Positions 40,976 through 53,342 are shown, counted from the stretch's first letter. The stretch: 64,000 bases of DNA from Octopus sinensis (GCF_006345805.1 NC_043005.1:73222001-73286000), one strand, 5' to 3'. Made by a program: numbers and translations. The notes: generated by a model from the sequence alone, not told the origin.

Positions 40976-41793
40976 ATCATTACCAGTGTTTTTTGTAAAC
41001 CAAATAGGAATCAGAATGCAGCGATAAACAAACATTCCCTCCCTCCCTCGATAATGTGTTCCCGAACTATCCATTCTGTACAGGCCTTTGAAATTACCGG
41101 TTTTAATATTTGTATTGCACGTATAAATCTATCCGTATAAATTTATAAGCATTACATGCTCTATCGTTCCTTTGAAACATTATGCTTAGTTATTGAAAGG
41201 ATTGTTCGATGATGATTTCTTAATAAGCCTTAAAAAAATTCTGATCTGTTTAAAGCTTGTAAATACAAAGTGTAAAATATAGAAAATGTCTGTTTTTTAC
41301 CTGGTTATCACTGAAGTCCATCATCTTGCTGATCCCTAAATTGGCAGTTCTCATTCCTTCTTCACTTCGGTATCATTTATCTCCTTGTTCGCCACTCTGT
41401 AAATAATTAACACAGTTAAGTAGGTGCTGTAATTGGCAAAATATATTTATTATTTTTTTAAATTAACGATTCAAAATCTATCGTGGTTATTAAAATTTTG
41501 GAGTGTTCGTTCATTCTCCTGATAGCGTCTCTGAAATTCATAAAGACAAAATTTATCATAGATTTCTTCTATGTACAATTCATTTGAGAACATTTTCCAG
41601 CTTTCGTACGGTGTTTAAATTAAGAAAACTCGAAAGGGATAAGGATTAAACAAAAGAAATAACGAAGAAAGAAAGAATTTACTGTAGGGAAAGTGTTATA
41701 TGACGTGAGTTGTGCACACAGAGTGTAAGAATAGTATTATCTAAATAAATATTTGGATATGGTTATCTAGAATAAACTTTCGCAGGATTAATA

Positions 41794-42048
41794 TGTTCAC
41801 ACAGAACGAACTCCATACTACTCGAAGCGTAGATACGATATTAAACAAACACAGTAACCAACATGGACGATCAACGCTGTCAACTCCTTTATTTGAGCAC
41901 TCAGGCTTATACACAGGGGTGGGGACGGCACAAGGACATACAGAACACCACAGTGGGTACAGAAAACATAAAGCGAATGAAAATGGAAAAATGTACAACG
42001 AAATTGATGGTGATGAAATGGCTGCATGCACCTCACTCATGCGGTACC
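41794..42048 (-). mobile_element. Possible solo LTR
   Basis: TG..CA ends, with AATAAA on the - strand ~100 nt before the ..gtgaaca end. No matching TSD. Confidence 0.25.
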
Positions 42049-42227
42049 ATTTGAACGGTTTTACTTCAGTTTATAATATTTTTCATTGATTTTTTTTTAC
42101 TATTAGCATCATTTTCTTTACACTTTTTTTTCTTTATTTCACTTTTTAAAGAAATACACAATAGCAATTTACTTTGTTTTTTTTTTGTTTTTTTAAATCT
42201 TATGTATAGCGCTATTTCACTTAATAA

Positions 42228-42613
42228 GTGGAGGCGCAATGGCCCAGTGGTTAGGGCAGCAGACTCGCGGTCATAGGATCGCGGTTTCGATTCCCAGACC
42301 GGGCGTTGTGAGTGTTTATTGAGCGAAAACACCTAAAGCTCCACGAGGCTCCGGCAGGGGATGGTGGTGATCCCTGCCGTACTCTTTCACCACAACTTTC
42401 TCTCACTCTCACTCTTACTTCCTGTTTCTGTTGTACCCGTATTTCAAATGGCCGGCCTTGTCACTCTCTGTGTCACGCTGAATATCCCCGAGAACTACGT
42501 TAAGGGTACACGTGTCTGTGGAGTGCTCAGCCACTTACACGTTAATTTCACGAGCAGGCTGTTCCGTTGATTCGGATCAACCGGAACCCTCATCGTTGTA
42601 ACCGACGGAGTGC
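42228..42613 (+). mobile_element. SINE family C, tail T2
   Basis: Same head and core as 39735-40050; unrelated 3' ~200 bp. Confidence 0.9.
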
Positions 42614-43298
42614 TTCCTACTATTGGCGGTACTTCATTGAACTCCACCACGAATCTTGGTGGTTCCGCTTCTTCACTTCGGTATCACCTTGCTATATTTT
42701 TCCTTGTCGAGATTAAAATTGGAGTAGCTATCTTGAAAGGCTACACCTTCTGTAATTTTTATACGTTCTTATTTTTAGCTATTCATAGCCTATTAGAAAG
42801 TTGATGAAAGTGTAGGAAATACTTTTCTCTAATATATTGATGGTTTGTTTCCCACTTTTTTCAGCTACTAACCAAAATTTGTTATTCCTTACAGGTAGAT
42901 TATTTCCTTACACTAATAATAACCACCTGGAGAATTTTTCCGATTTTTTTCTCTTTGTAATTCGATCATTATTTATCCATAGGGGGATATTACCTCGCGA
43001 GTTTATGTATGAAGCTTCTATGGTATGCCATTGGGACAATTCAATTAAATTTAGTTTCTCCAGAAACATTATAGCATTTCAACATTTAGGTCTTAAAATA
43101 TTTTCTGAGATATTTTCAGAACTACGGCGTAAATGTTGGATGTTTGGCAGAAACGGTGAAACGGTGGAATGCCGTAGAAGATAACCTGTCGATTTCGGAT
43201 ACCTTACTTTTATCTCTGAGTTCAAATTCAACTTATCTTTACTGTCTTTCGCCCTTTCAAGGTCGTTAAAATTAAAACTGATATCGATTGTAGAAAAG

Positions 43299-43349
43299 TA
43301 TCTCCTGGAAGACGTATTGACAGTACAGTTCAATGACCGAAACTAGATA
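43299..43349 (+). ncRNA. Decayed hammerhead motif
   Basis: tatctc CTGGAAGA cgtattga..tcaatgacc GAAA ctag ata: one-base core insertion and loss of UH. Confidence 0.45.
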
Positions 43350-43599
43350 ATAAAGACGGATTCAATACATCGTGCGTGTGTTTGTGTGTGAGTGTGTGTG
43401 TGTCTTGTATGCTATTCCGCTTGGTGGAGGTGGAGGTGGTGGTAGTGATGGTGGTGGTGGTGATCAATCTCATCGATTTCAACGCGTGAGTGTTAAAAGG
43501 AAAAGTAAAGATTAAAAGAAGCCACATCCTTTTGTAATGTATACGAGAATGTAAGTTGAGTCCAGATATGGGGTTTTCTATCAAGTCACAATGGGGACA

Positions 43600-44300
43600 G
43601 CGATGATTTCGATTTTACCTAGGATTTGGCAAATGTCTTTGTTGAGTGAAGTATATAAATATTTTGTTGTTCTGTCTCATCAACACAAATTGTTTAGTTA
43701 CATCATAACTCATTTTACGCCTCTCAGATCGGTATAGGCAAGAACTGTCCTGAAATGTTAGATTAAGCTGTAAAGAGTTTAGGGATTAAGCTGTAAAGAG
43801 TTTAGGGATTATTTCAACTTATCCTTATGCCTCAGAACTGGTATTCCATCACTGCGGAATCCCTCTACTTGCAGGCCATTAAGAAGAAGTTTCGGAATGT
43901 GATCATCTTGCCTTGAGATAACATTCCCTGTCCATATGCACTGAAATTCTTAATAGTATGCTTTCGATGCTGGAGATATATTATTTTCTAAAATGTTGAC
44001 ATTTGATATCTTATCTTGCCGTTTTATGCTGCAGATGTTGCGCTGACAGCACACGTAGAAGGTTTCAAGTTCCTTTATATATCTGTTACGGGGAATCCAT
44101 GCCACTACAACTACTGGTCAAAATTACGGCAAGGCCTTTGAAGAATTTATGAATTGAACTATCAGTGCGTTCATTAATTTCTTTGAGTTTCTAATTCTTT
44201 CTACTTCTAATTAAAATTCTAGCCTCCAACTCATTCGTTCAGGACATACCCAGGTCTTATCACCTCTGCAATAATCATCCTTCATTCTAAATATCATCTT
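43600..44300 (-). pseudogene. CR1-like LINE RT N-terminal relic
   Basis: SSCSGMD.FP (resembles PGPDGFP), QVEGFRS (resembles QHGFR), IYILHSTKTFAK (resembles VYLDFSKAFDK). Confidence 0.6.
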
Positions 44301-44314
44301 TGTATAAACTAAGT

Positions 44315-44578
44315 GTGGAGGTGCAATGGCCCAGTGGTTAGGGCAGCGAACTCGCGGTCGTAGAATCGCGGTTTCGATTCCCAGACCGGGCGTTGTGGGT
44401 GTTTATTGAGCGAAAATACCTAAAGCTCCACGAAGCTCCGGCAGAGGAGGGGGGCGATTCCAGCTGTACGCTTTCGTCACAACTTTCTCTAACTCTTTCT
44501 TCTGTTGGCCTGCTCGCTTAGCCAGCGGGGTGGCATCATTTGATGGCTAAAACAATGCGAAGTGCGTTGTGACCAGCG
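44315..44578 (+). mobile_element. SINE family C, tail T3, 11-bp TSD
   Basis: TSD ataaactaagt at 44304-44314 and 44579-44589. Confidence 0.92.
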
Positions 44579-45409
44579 ATAAACTAAGTATCCTATGAAT
44601 GCCTTTTACTTTAGTACTTCTAAATAGTCTTCCATGTTATATGGTTCTGGTCTTCCACTTGCTTTACTTACCATTCCTTCACTCTTACCAATTTTTAAAT
44701 ATCACTCCGGTTTTTATACCACTCTTTATTTCTAGCTTTTTCCTTGCTCCTTTACCTGACTAGTCTCCCACACCGACTTTGTACGGCCTTTCCACCTCTC
44801 TCTTATAGCCACTTCACCATTCGATTCCCTCAACTTCTATCCATTCACAATTTGCATGCCTGCATCGACAGCAGTAATATCATATTTTCTCAATCTCCCT
44901 TTCGTCTTTATTCTTTACCGAACGAAGCAGCCATCTTTAAAAGACTGCCATGTAGAATAAAACTCGCCCGTTTGCCCTGAATTCTATTTTTCTAACGTCC
45001 GTCTACTTGCAGCTGCTCAAGCAGAATATTACCTACTTCAAATGTATTAATTTCATGGGCCTGCTAACGACAAGGCTACAGTCCCTTACTCCTGGCAAAA
45101 TACTATTTTAAGAAACCGTCTAATTAACCGTTTATACTCTCATGTCTTTGTATTACAATGCCGGAGTATATTTGCTGGAAACAGCTGCTTGATTCCGATA
45201 AGTTTCGAAGTTAAATTATTTTGAAGAAACGAGAAATAAATGCATAAATGTACAACGAGAAGTAGACACAGACCTACTCACACCTACACATGCACACACA
45301 CACATACGTAGGCTCACACACATGCATGAGAACATACAAGCATATATGTATGCGTATGTGTATATTTGTATGTATATACATACATGCATACTTCTATGCA
45401 CTTGTAAAT

Positions 45410-45720
45410 ATATACGCATATACATATATTACATACATTTATATACATATATATATACGCATATACATATATTACATACATATATACGCATATACATATA
45501 TTACATACATATATACGCATATACATATATTACATAAATATATACGCATATACATATATTACATACATTTATATACATATATATGTATATACGCATATAC
45601 ATATATTACATACATTTATATACATATATATATATATAGGCATATACATATATTACATACATATATAGGCATATACATATATTACATACATATATAAGCA
45701 TATACTATATTACATACATT
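45410..45720 (+). repeat. ~28-30-bp AT-rich minisatellite
   Basis: tatacgcatatacatatattacatacat repeated about nine times. Confidence 0.85.
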
Positions 45721-46094
45721 TATCCGTTCATACATATAACTATATATATTTGTGCGTCTGAGTGTTTGTCTGCGCGCGCTAGTGCCTGTGTCTGTATGTG
45801 TGTTTGTCTGTGCGTATACAAACATATATCTTAAAAACCACCAGTAGAAAATTACCGGCACATTTAACTAATGTTATTCAATATATTAATCGATATCAGC
45901 GGTAAATATATTTAATCGCGTTATTCGTCCCTTCACCTCCTTCTTTGGCTATTTCCAAGATTTATTATGAAAAAGAGCAATCATATTGCAACATTATACA
46001 AATGACTAACTACATGTGAATTCATATATTCTACGTTTGTGTTGGTGGATGTTCTAATGTAGTGTGCCATTGAATAAGCGTTTTCCAAATGCAT

Positions 46095-46148
<54 letters not shown>

Positions 46149-46150
<2 letters not shown>

Positions 46151-46562
46151 CGCAGGAGTGGCTGTGTGGTAAGTAGCTTGCTAACCAACCACATGGTTCC
46201 GGGTTCAGTCCCACTGCGTGGCATCTTGGGCAAGTGTCTTCTGCTATAGCCCCGGGACGACCAAAGCCTTGTGAGTGGATTTGGTAGACGGAAACTGAAA
46301 GAAGCCTGTCGTATATATGTATATATTATTAAGAGTGTGTGTGTATATGTTTGTGTGTCTGTGTTTGTCCCCCTAGCATTGCTTGACAACCGATGCTGGT
46401 GTGTTTACGTCCCCGTCACTTAGCTGTTCGGCAAAAGAGACCGATAGAATAAGTACTGGGCTTACAAAGAATAAGTCCCGGGGTCGATTTGCTCGACTAA
46501 AGGCGGTGCTCCAGTATGGCCGCAGTCAAATGACTTAAACAAGTAAAAGAGTAAAAGAGTAA

Positions 46563-46564
<2 letters not shown>
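46149..46564 (+). mobile_element. SINE family A, full-length reference copy inside (TA)n
   Basis: Pol III-like head ggcgcaggagtggctgtgtggtaag..ccgggttcagtccc, internal microsatellite, tail (aaaagagt)n. Confidence 0.93.
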
Positions 46565-46598
<34 letters not shown>

Positions 46599-46751
46599 TA
46601 TTATTGTTTATAATATTAAGTGGCTTAGCATGCGTAAATATAGGTCATACGATGAAAATATTATTAAATAATAATTGACGTTGCTACAAAAAGCACCAGC
46701 ACGCTAAAAGTAGCAGTCAGAAGGCAACTCCAACCACAAATTTTCACTGAA

Positions 46752-46839
46752 ATCGGGGGGGAATGAACAGAAATTCTAAGCCCTCGTAGCAATAACGTTA
46801 TTAGTACGGGGGCTAAGAATTTCTGCTCATTCCCCCGAT
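46752..46839. other. Isolated 88-nt GC-clamped hairpin
   Basis: atcggggg..aatgaacagaaattctaagccctcgta / tacgggggctaagaatttctgctcattcccccgat, with central palindrome aataacgttatt. Confidence 0.85.
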
Positions 46840-47164
46840 ATAATTGCGGGCTGGGGAAGTTGAGGCTACTATGCCAGTCCAGAAACCGGCCCACGTGAGT
46901 CTAAATACTTGAATGTATGCTGAGGGAACGTCTTAGCCTGTTTGCCTTCGGCCGGTTGACTTCTGCAGTTATTATCAGTGTATTTTTGGCGATTTAAACG
47001 AAAAGTTCTTCAAGGCGGTGCCCCAGCATAGCCGCAGTCTAATGACTGAAACAAATGGAAAAAATACAAGGATAAATGCTGTCATCAGTGAATGCTACAA
47101 CTCTTTAGCCAGCTTAGTCTGTGATAATCTTTCTAATGTTGGCACCAGGCTAGTAGTTTTATGG

Positions 47165-47335
47165 TTGGGAGATGGGCGATTGACCCCAGTGCTCAAATCG
47201 TAATTATTTTTATCGACCCCGAAAGAATGAAAGGTAAAATCAATCACAGCGGGAATTATAGAACTTAATGTGCCAGAAGAAATACCGCTCAGCTTTTTCT
47301 CCGGCGTGCTACCGATTCTGCCAGCTTACCGATTT
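47165..47335 (-). mobile_element. SINE family B, degenerate
   Basis: atcgaccccgaaagaatgaaagg..ccggcgtgctaccgattctgccagc. Confidence 0.75.
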
Positions 47336-48289
47336 CGCTTGCCATATTAATAATAATAATAATAAGTTTTTATATAAAATATTTGCTATATTTATTCGAA
47401 AATTTACTACGGAGTTTTTCTATACAATTTTTTAAAAAATCTCAAAGCTGTATTAATCTTCAACATATTTCCAGCTGTACCATTTTAGTAAGATAATGGA
47501 ATCCTGTGAAGCAAATTACCAAATAAAGTAAAAAGGCGAAATGAAGAACGCTTTATAAGAAAGAAAAGAAAAACAGACAGAGAACAGTTTATAAAGAAAA
47601 TAAAACATAGAAATGGAAATATATATCTTCACATGATGATGTCTGCAAGATATCTTGAAATATTGGATATGACATGCCATGTATTATTATCACCAATATC
47701 TTGGTAAATGTTCCTTTTGTAAGAAACGAATGTGACATATAATATCACTTACACAAGCTTCGCTTGTCATCCTGTCTATGTCAGAGCTATTTTCATTGCT
47801 TTCAAAATATGTGTTCGCAAACTGAGAATTGAAATTGGATATAAATAGCATGAGTAAAATAATATAAGTAAAGTATATAAGAACTATATATAACAGTTTA
47901 TCAATGAAATACATGAAAGAGAAATAAGTATATCGCTTCTGGTGCTGAAGCGTGAAAAATACTTTGATATAAAGCAGACGGATTACTGTGAATTATTAAC
48001 ACCTTCATTTTGGTAAATGTTTATTTTATACGGAACTAACTTAATATAGAACATCATTAACTACATGTGGCGATGTCGTGTATGCAAGCCACAAGAACAG
48101 TAGAGTTCACACTTTGGAGTCAACCAAGGCAAGTCGACAAAGCTGCTGTGTTTTGTTGTTATATATTGTTAGTTTCCTTAGAGTATAGAGATTAAGTTGT
48201 TGTTTCAGTTTTAGTATTTTTTACAATTTTTTTTTTTTTGCTTTTCTTTTAATTCTCTTCGATGTACTCCAATTATTGTTGTTGCTAAA

Positions 48290-49760
48290 CTACTATTGTG
48301 CCTGAAGGGTTTATACAGCATAGGCAGTGCTCTTCGGTGCATTACAAGATCCGGGATTTCTGGAAATTATTTATTGGTATGGACCCTAAAAATATAATAA
48401 TTTCGTAAGAAAAATATTTCTAGCTAATCCCTCTCGATGTCAGAGTCTCCTCCAGGGTGTTATCACTCCATAGAACACCATAGTAGATAAGTGTGAATAC
48501 CTGACGACACCTTAGGTGCTAGATGCCCAACTTCTGTCTACGCTTCATAGAGGGCTACGTCTCAGCCAAACAGACCATCTGTTTTGCTAATGGTGGTTTT
48601 GCTAATGGTGACCATATCTGATCACGGTGAAGAAAATGCCGTCGTAGCCTCAACGTATGTCGCCGCATTATTAGACAGAGCATACCCGGTCCTCCACGCA
48701 GCGGATATCGATAGCAAAATGTCCCTTCTTCAGAAAGCAGAGAAACAAGCGTTGTAATCTGGATAGCTTTGAAGCAGAATAGCTTCATGGCTCTCCAGTT
48801 ATGAATAGCTTACAGACGTCCTATTTCAGGACGAGATTGACCATCCCTCTCATCACCTTCGCCTTGGTTTTGTCAACTAGGAGGTCTGCTCCAAACCAGG
48901 TTCCGAGCAATTTAACTGATTTGTCTGTTCAACACTACATGATGCTGTTGGGCGGGATCAACCTATTCCTCCAGGTACAGAACTGCTGACCCACTGACAT
49001 TTCCTGGATACTCTAGCTCCACTCACGTCTCGCACACCCTCTGTGTCCAGTATTTACTCTAAAGTCGCCTACATAAGCCAACACGGGTCTCTAATTCGAA
49101 ACCTTTGACTTACACAGTAGTGGCTCAAATGTCAATAAGTACGGATTGAGGAGTGCTCTATTGAAGATCGACCCTATCGAAAGCTTTTTACTGATGTAAA
49201 TTAATCAAGCCCCCCCCCATAATCCCATGTCCCTTACCTATCATTTCTATGATGTATAGTATGAGATGAATATCGTTGTGGATGGGTCTACTTAGGATAG
49301 CACACATCTGCAAATCACCGACCATAACATCAACAACATACGTCTATCTCTCGGTTAACACAAAGGCCAAAATCTTAATTCTCTAGTCGACTGAGTTACA
49401 GGTCTAAAATTATAAAGATCACTACTTTTATTTGAGTCTTTTCTCAGCTGCAACGCTACACTTCAGGTCTGGAAATTCTACCATTTTGCTGTCAATTACA
49501 GTAGATACCTATGAAGTGGTCTACAAAAAAGCCTTACATATGAAGATAAAGCTCGTAGGGTGAGCTATCCTGCCCAGTGGCATCTCCCTCACAAAACGTG
49601 TTGCTATCGCTGAGAGTGCAGTTGAGTATTTAGTTGGTGCTGTTTTAGTTTGTGGCTATTTCCCTTGTGCTTACGTTTGCTGCAGTTAGAGGAGATGGGG
49701 GTAGTACTATTGTATTTGCTGATGTTAAAAATTTGGCTGTTTGGTGTTGATGTTGAGATG
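48290..49760 (-). pseudogene. Tx1/L1-like LINE ORF2 relic
   Basis: DSSPYELY, NFRPVT, GLINLHQ*KAFDRVD, PYLLTFEPLLCK, VKLLGTWFGADL and YPLRGGPGMLCLIMRRHTLRLRH occur in order. Confidence 0.82.
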
Positions 49761-49861
49761 GGGATATTGTGTGCGCCCGTTCATTTATATTTCTGTGGCT
49801 TCTCCTCACTCACTGAGAGTTACGGTTGCTAATTTGAAAAAATGTCGACTAGGACGAGGAT

Positions 49862-49918
<57 letters not shown>

Positions 49919-50241
49919 CTGTGTGTGTGTCTGTGTGTGTGTCTGTGTCTGTGTCTGTGTGTCCGTGTGTGTGCTTGTCTGTTTGTATGTATGTCTGTCT
50001 CTGCATTTAGAAGGAGAGTAAAGGGAAAATGTGGGAAGGATGGATGAAAATGTACCCATAGATTGAACCTTTAACATAGAACTCGTAGCCAGTAAATATA
50101 ACATCAGAAAAAGGAAAGTATGCTCCTCATAACTGTTCACGTACAATAAATCATTATTCCGCAATGTGTTACAATGTGTTTTCTGTATCACTACGCATAT
50201 CAGTACTCATACATAATCAACTAGATTAAAATCTGAATATT

Positions 50242-50672
50242 CTTTTCTACTCTAGGCAAAAAGTCCGAAAATTTTGGGGAGGAGGCCAGTCGGTTAGATC
50301 GACCCAAGGGCACAACTAGTACTGGGTTTATCAACCACAAAAGGATGAAACGCAACGTTGACCTCGGCGGAATTTGAGCTCAGAACCTAGAAACAGACGA
50401 AATACAGCTAAGCATTTCGCCTGGCGTGCTTACATTTCTTATTTCTTTATTGCCCACAAGGCGCTAAACATAGTGGGGACAAACAAGGAGAGACAAATTG
50501 ATTAAGTCGATTACATCGACTCCAGTGCGTAACTGGTACTTAATTTGTCGACCCCGAAAGTATGAAAGGCAAAGTCGACCTCGGCGGAATTTGAACTCAG
50601 AATGTAACGGCAGACGAAATACCGCAAAGCATTTCGCCTGGCGTGATTACGTTTCTGCCAGCTCGCCACTTT
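50242..50672 (-). mobile_element. SINE family B dimer with 18-bp TSD
   Basis: TSD gattaaaatctgaatatt at 50224-50241 and 50673-50690; internal junction at 50438. Confidence 0.92.
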
Positions 50673-51014
50673 GATTAAAATCTGAATATTGTTAAGCTAC
50701 CAGAAATGTCCACACCAATATTGATGTAGTCTGCGCCTATATAAAATAAAAAGAAGGCAGCAAAAACACAATAACAATTCAAAACCTTTGTTGAATCATA
50801 TCTCTTCTTGTATTTCTACTAACTACCAATTTCCAAATCTAACCATGTGGTAAGTCTCCTAACGGAGGAGATAACAGCAAGAAAGGCAGGAAAATACTTC
50901 TCAGAAAATACTCTCCTGATAGAATTACACCCAAGGTAGTTTAACAAACTTGCTAAAATAAATCATAAAATGAAAACTGTGTACATACCAGTAATAGGTC
51001 CTGCATGGCTATAC

Positions 51015-51417
51015 TCTCTTTGACTCTGACTTGTTTCAACTATTTGACTGTGGACATGCTGGAGCACCACCTTTAGTTGAGCAAATCGACCCTAAGCCTT
51101 CTTTGTAAGCCTAGTACTTATTCTGTCCATCTCTTTTGCCAAACCGCTAGATTACTGGGACGTAAACACACCAGCATCGGTTGTGAAGCAATGTTGGGGG
51201 GACAAACACAGACACACAAACATACACGCACACATACATATATACATATATACGACGGACTTCTTTCAGTTTCCATCTACCAAATCCACTCACAAGGATT
51301 TGATCGGCCCGAGGCTCTAGTAGAAGGCGCTTGCCCAAGGTGCCATGCAGTGTGACTGAACCCGGAACCATGTTGTTGGTAAACAAGTTTACTTACCACA
51401 CAGCCATTCCTACGCCT
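51015..51417 (-). mobile_element. SINE family A, full length
   Basis: Colinear with the reference copy. Confidence 0.9.
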
Positions 51418-52456
51418 ATATTACAGAAAAACTTCAAGTTGACATCAACATATTTGCCAGGCTATTTTCTCTTCGATGAACAACCGAGATTCTGTCTATC
51501 TGAAGGATATGCTTCAACAATACACTAGCAGGGTGTCATATAACTAGGTATGCAGAGTCACAACCTTGATGCACCAAGCGATATCAAATTAAAGCTAAAA
51601 ATTCCTCGTACATTATAAGAAATTGTCCTAAAACGATAGTTCATTATTGCATTGTTTATCTATGTAGTATGTTGTTCGTGGCTAAGATATCCATGAAAAT
51701 CTGAAGAAAAGATAAGCTAGTGACGAGAAATGTATGAAACGAAAGCATATGGAGGGCATAATGACTCACAGTATGAAAGAACACATGTTAAATGATCCTA
51801 TGAAAGCTTCAATAAAGTACGAGCGAAAGGGAGAAAATATAACGACCTATTCAGAGAAAAGAAATTATGCACAGTAAGCGAAATCAGTTGACCAGCAGAT
51901 GTTAATATAATATTAAAGATTAGTGAAAAAGAAACCTTCTAATCTGAACAGGTAAAAAATCTGCTGTTGCTCCAGCCAAACTAAAGCTTGAGATTTGTAA
52001 CTATGATTATTGGTTTTGCCTCAGTACGTATGTTGAGAAACAGAGTTTCATAAAACCAGCAAGAACACGACCAATTAGGAGATTGCAGTTATAAACCACG
52101 AAAGACATTGTCAATATATATACATGTGCGTGTGTACGTGTAATATTCAGGTTTCGAATGTAATAGAATATAGACACGCATACACGTGTAAACTTATGTT
52201 TGTGTACACTTATATAATTTGTAACTTACCGATCCGCAAATGTAATGACATTTATGCCAGTACGCCTGTGGAATACAAATAGATATGTATGTATACAAAT
52301 ATGCATCTATGTCAAAATACATACATACAGCCATACATCATTGCACACACATAAAAATAAATGCAATTGTATATATGTTTATTGTCTTTTTTGCGTATTT
52401 CATGTTGTTTGCACAGTGGTGACATCGTGTACTCATATATGCATATATAAATGAAC

Positions 52457-52493
<37 letters not shown>

Positions 52494-52543
52494 ATACACA
52501 TGTATATATATACATACATATATATATATATATCTAAACATAT

Positions 52544-52707
52544 ACGACGGGCTTCTTTCAGTTTCCGTCTATTAAGTCCATTCACAAGGATGTGAATAGT
52601 CCGAGGCAATAGTGGAAGACACTTGCTCAAAGGTCTACACAGTGAGACTGAACTCGGAACCATGTTGTTGGGAAGCAAGCTTCTTACCACATACCCACTC
52701 TGCGCCT
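52544..52707 (-). mobile_element. SINE family A, 5' half
   Basis: acgacgggcttctttcagtttccgtc..cttaccacatacccactctgcgcc. Confidence 0.85.
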
Positions 52708-52719
52708 ACAACATTTGTT

Positions 52720-53342
52720 TTGCTAGATTCCTGTTTGTTGTGACACCATCATTTTACGCTTTCTATACAGCTATAGCACTACAGCATTCCGCTTTTATTC
52801 AACTCGACTCAACCCTAGCTAACCTCTTGAACTTCACACCATTGATATATTTTCCCCTACACCCATTTGTTCACATAGACATCCTCTTGCACATTCACAC
52901 AACATCCAGCATCTGCCTTTATTTCTGAGTCCTTCCCATCTAAAATCTTTCTCCTCTGGCTCTCAAACATTTATCGCCTTTCCAAAGCCTTTCCACTTTT
53001 CGTTTTTCTGATGAAGAGCTGCTGTCCGAAAAGTCAAAGACCTATTGCCTTTCCATTCAAGCTATAAAAAAATTACACCGTTGTAAAATTCTGTCGCTCC
53101 TGATCTGTTCTTGTTTTTGTTCATTATAAATATATATATATATATACATATATATTTATTTATATATGTATATATGAAATATATTAATGAACGTGTGTGT
53201 GTATATATATATATAGTTAATGAACAAAAACATGAAGAACAGACCAGGAGCGACAGATTTTTACAACGGTTGTAATTTGTTTATAGCTTGAATGGAAAGG
53301 CAATGGGTCTTTGACATTTCGGACAGCAGCTCTGTCCGAAAT
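52720..53342. mobile_element. Penelope-like pseudo-LTR relic with decayed hammerhead and fold-back
   Basis: Pyrimidine-rich stretch, then ttttt CTGATGA a gagctgctgtcc GAAA ag TC aaaga (53003-53040). 53015-53130 is inverted at 53218-53332. Confidence 0.65.

Noticed and set aside
44925-44960. Hammerhead-like cgaacga-agcag..ctgcc
   Set aside because: GAAA and helix III are absent.
45060-45200. gaaacagctgc downstream of a tactcc(t)ggca/tgccggagta stem
   Set aside because: No CUGANGA box or helix I in the right position, and U16.1 is missing.
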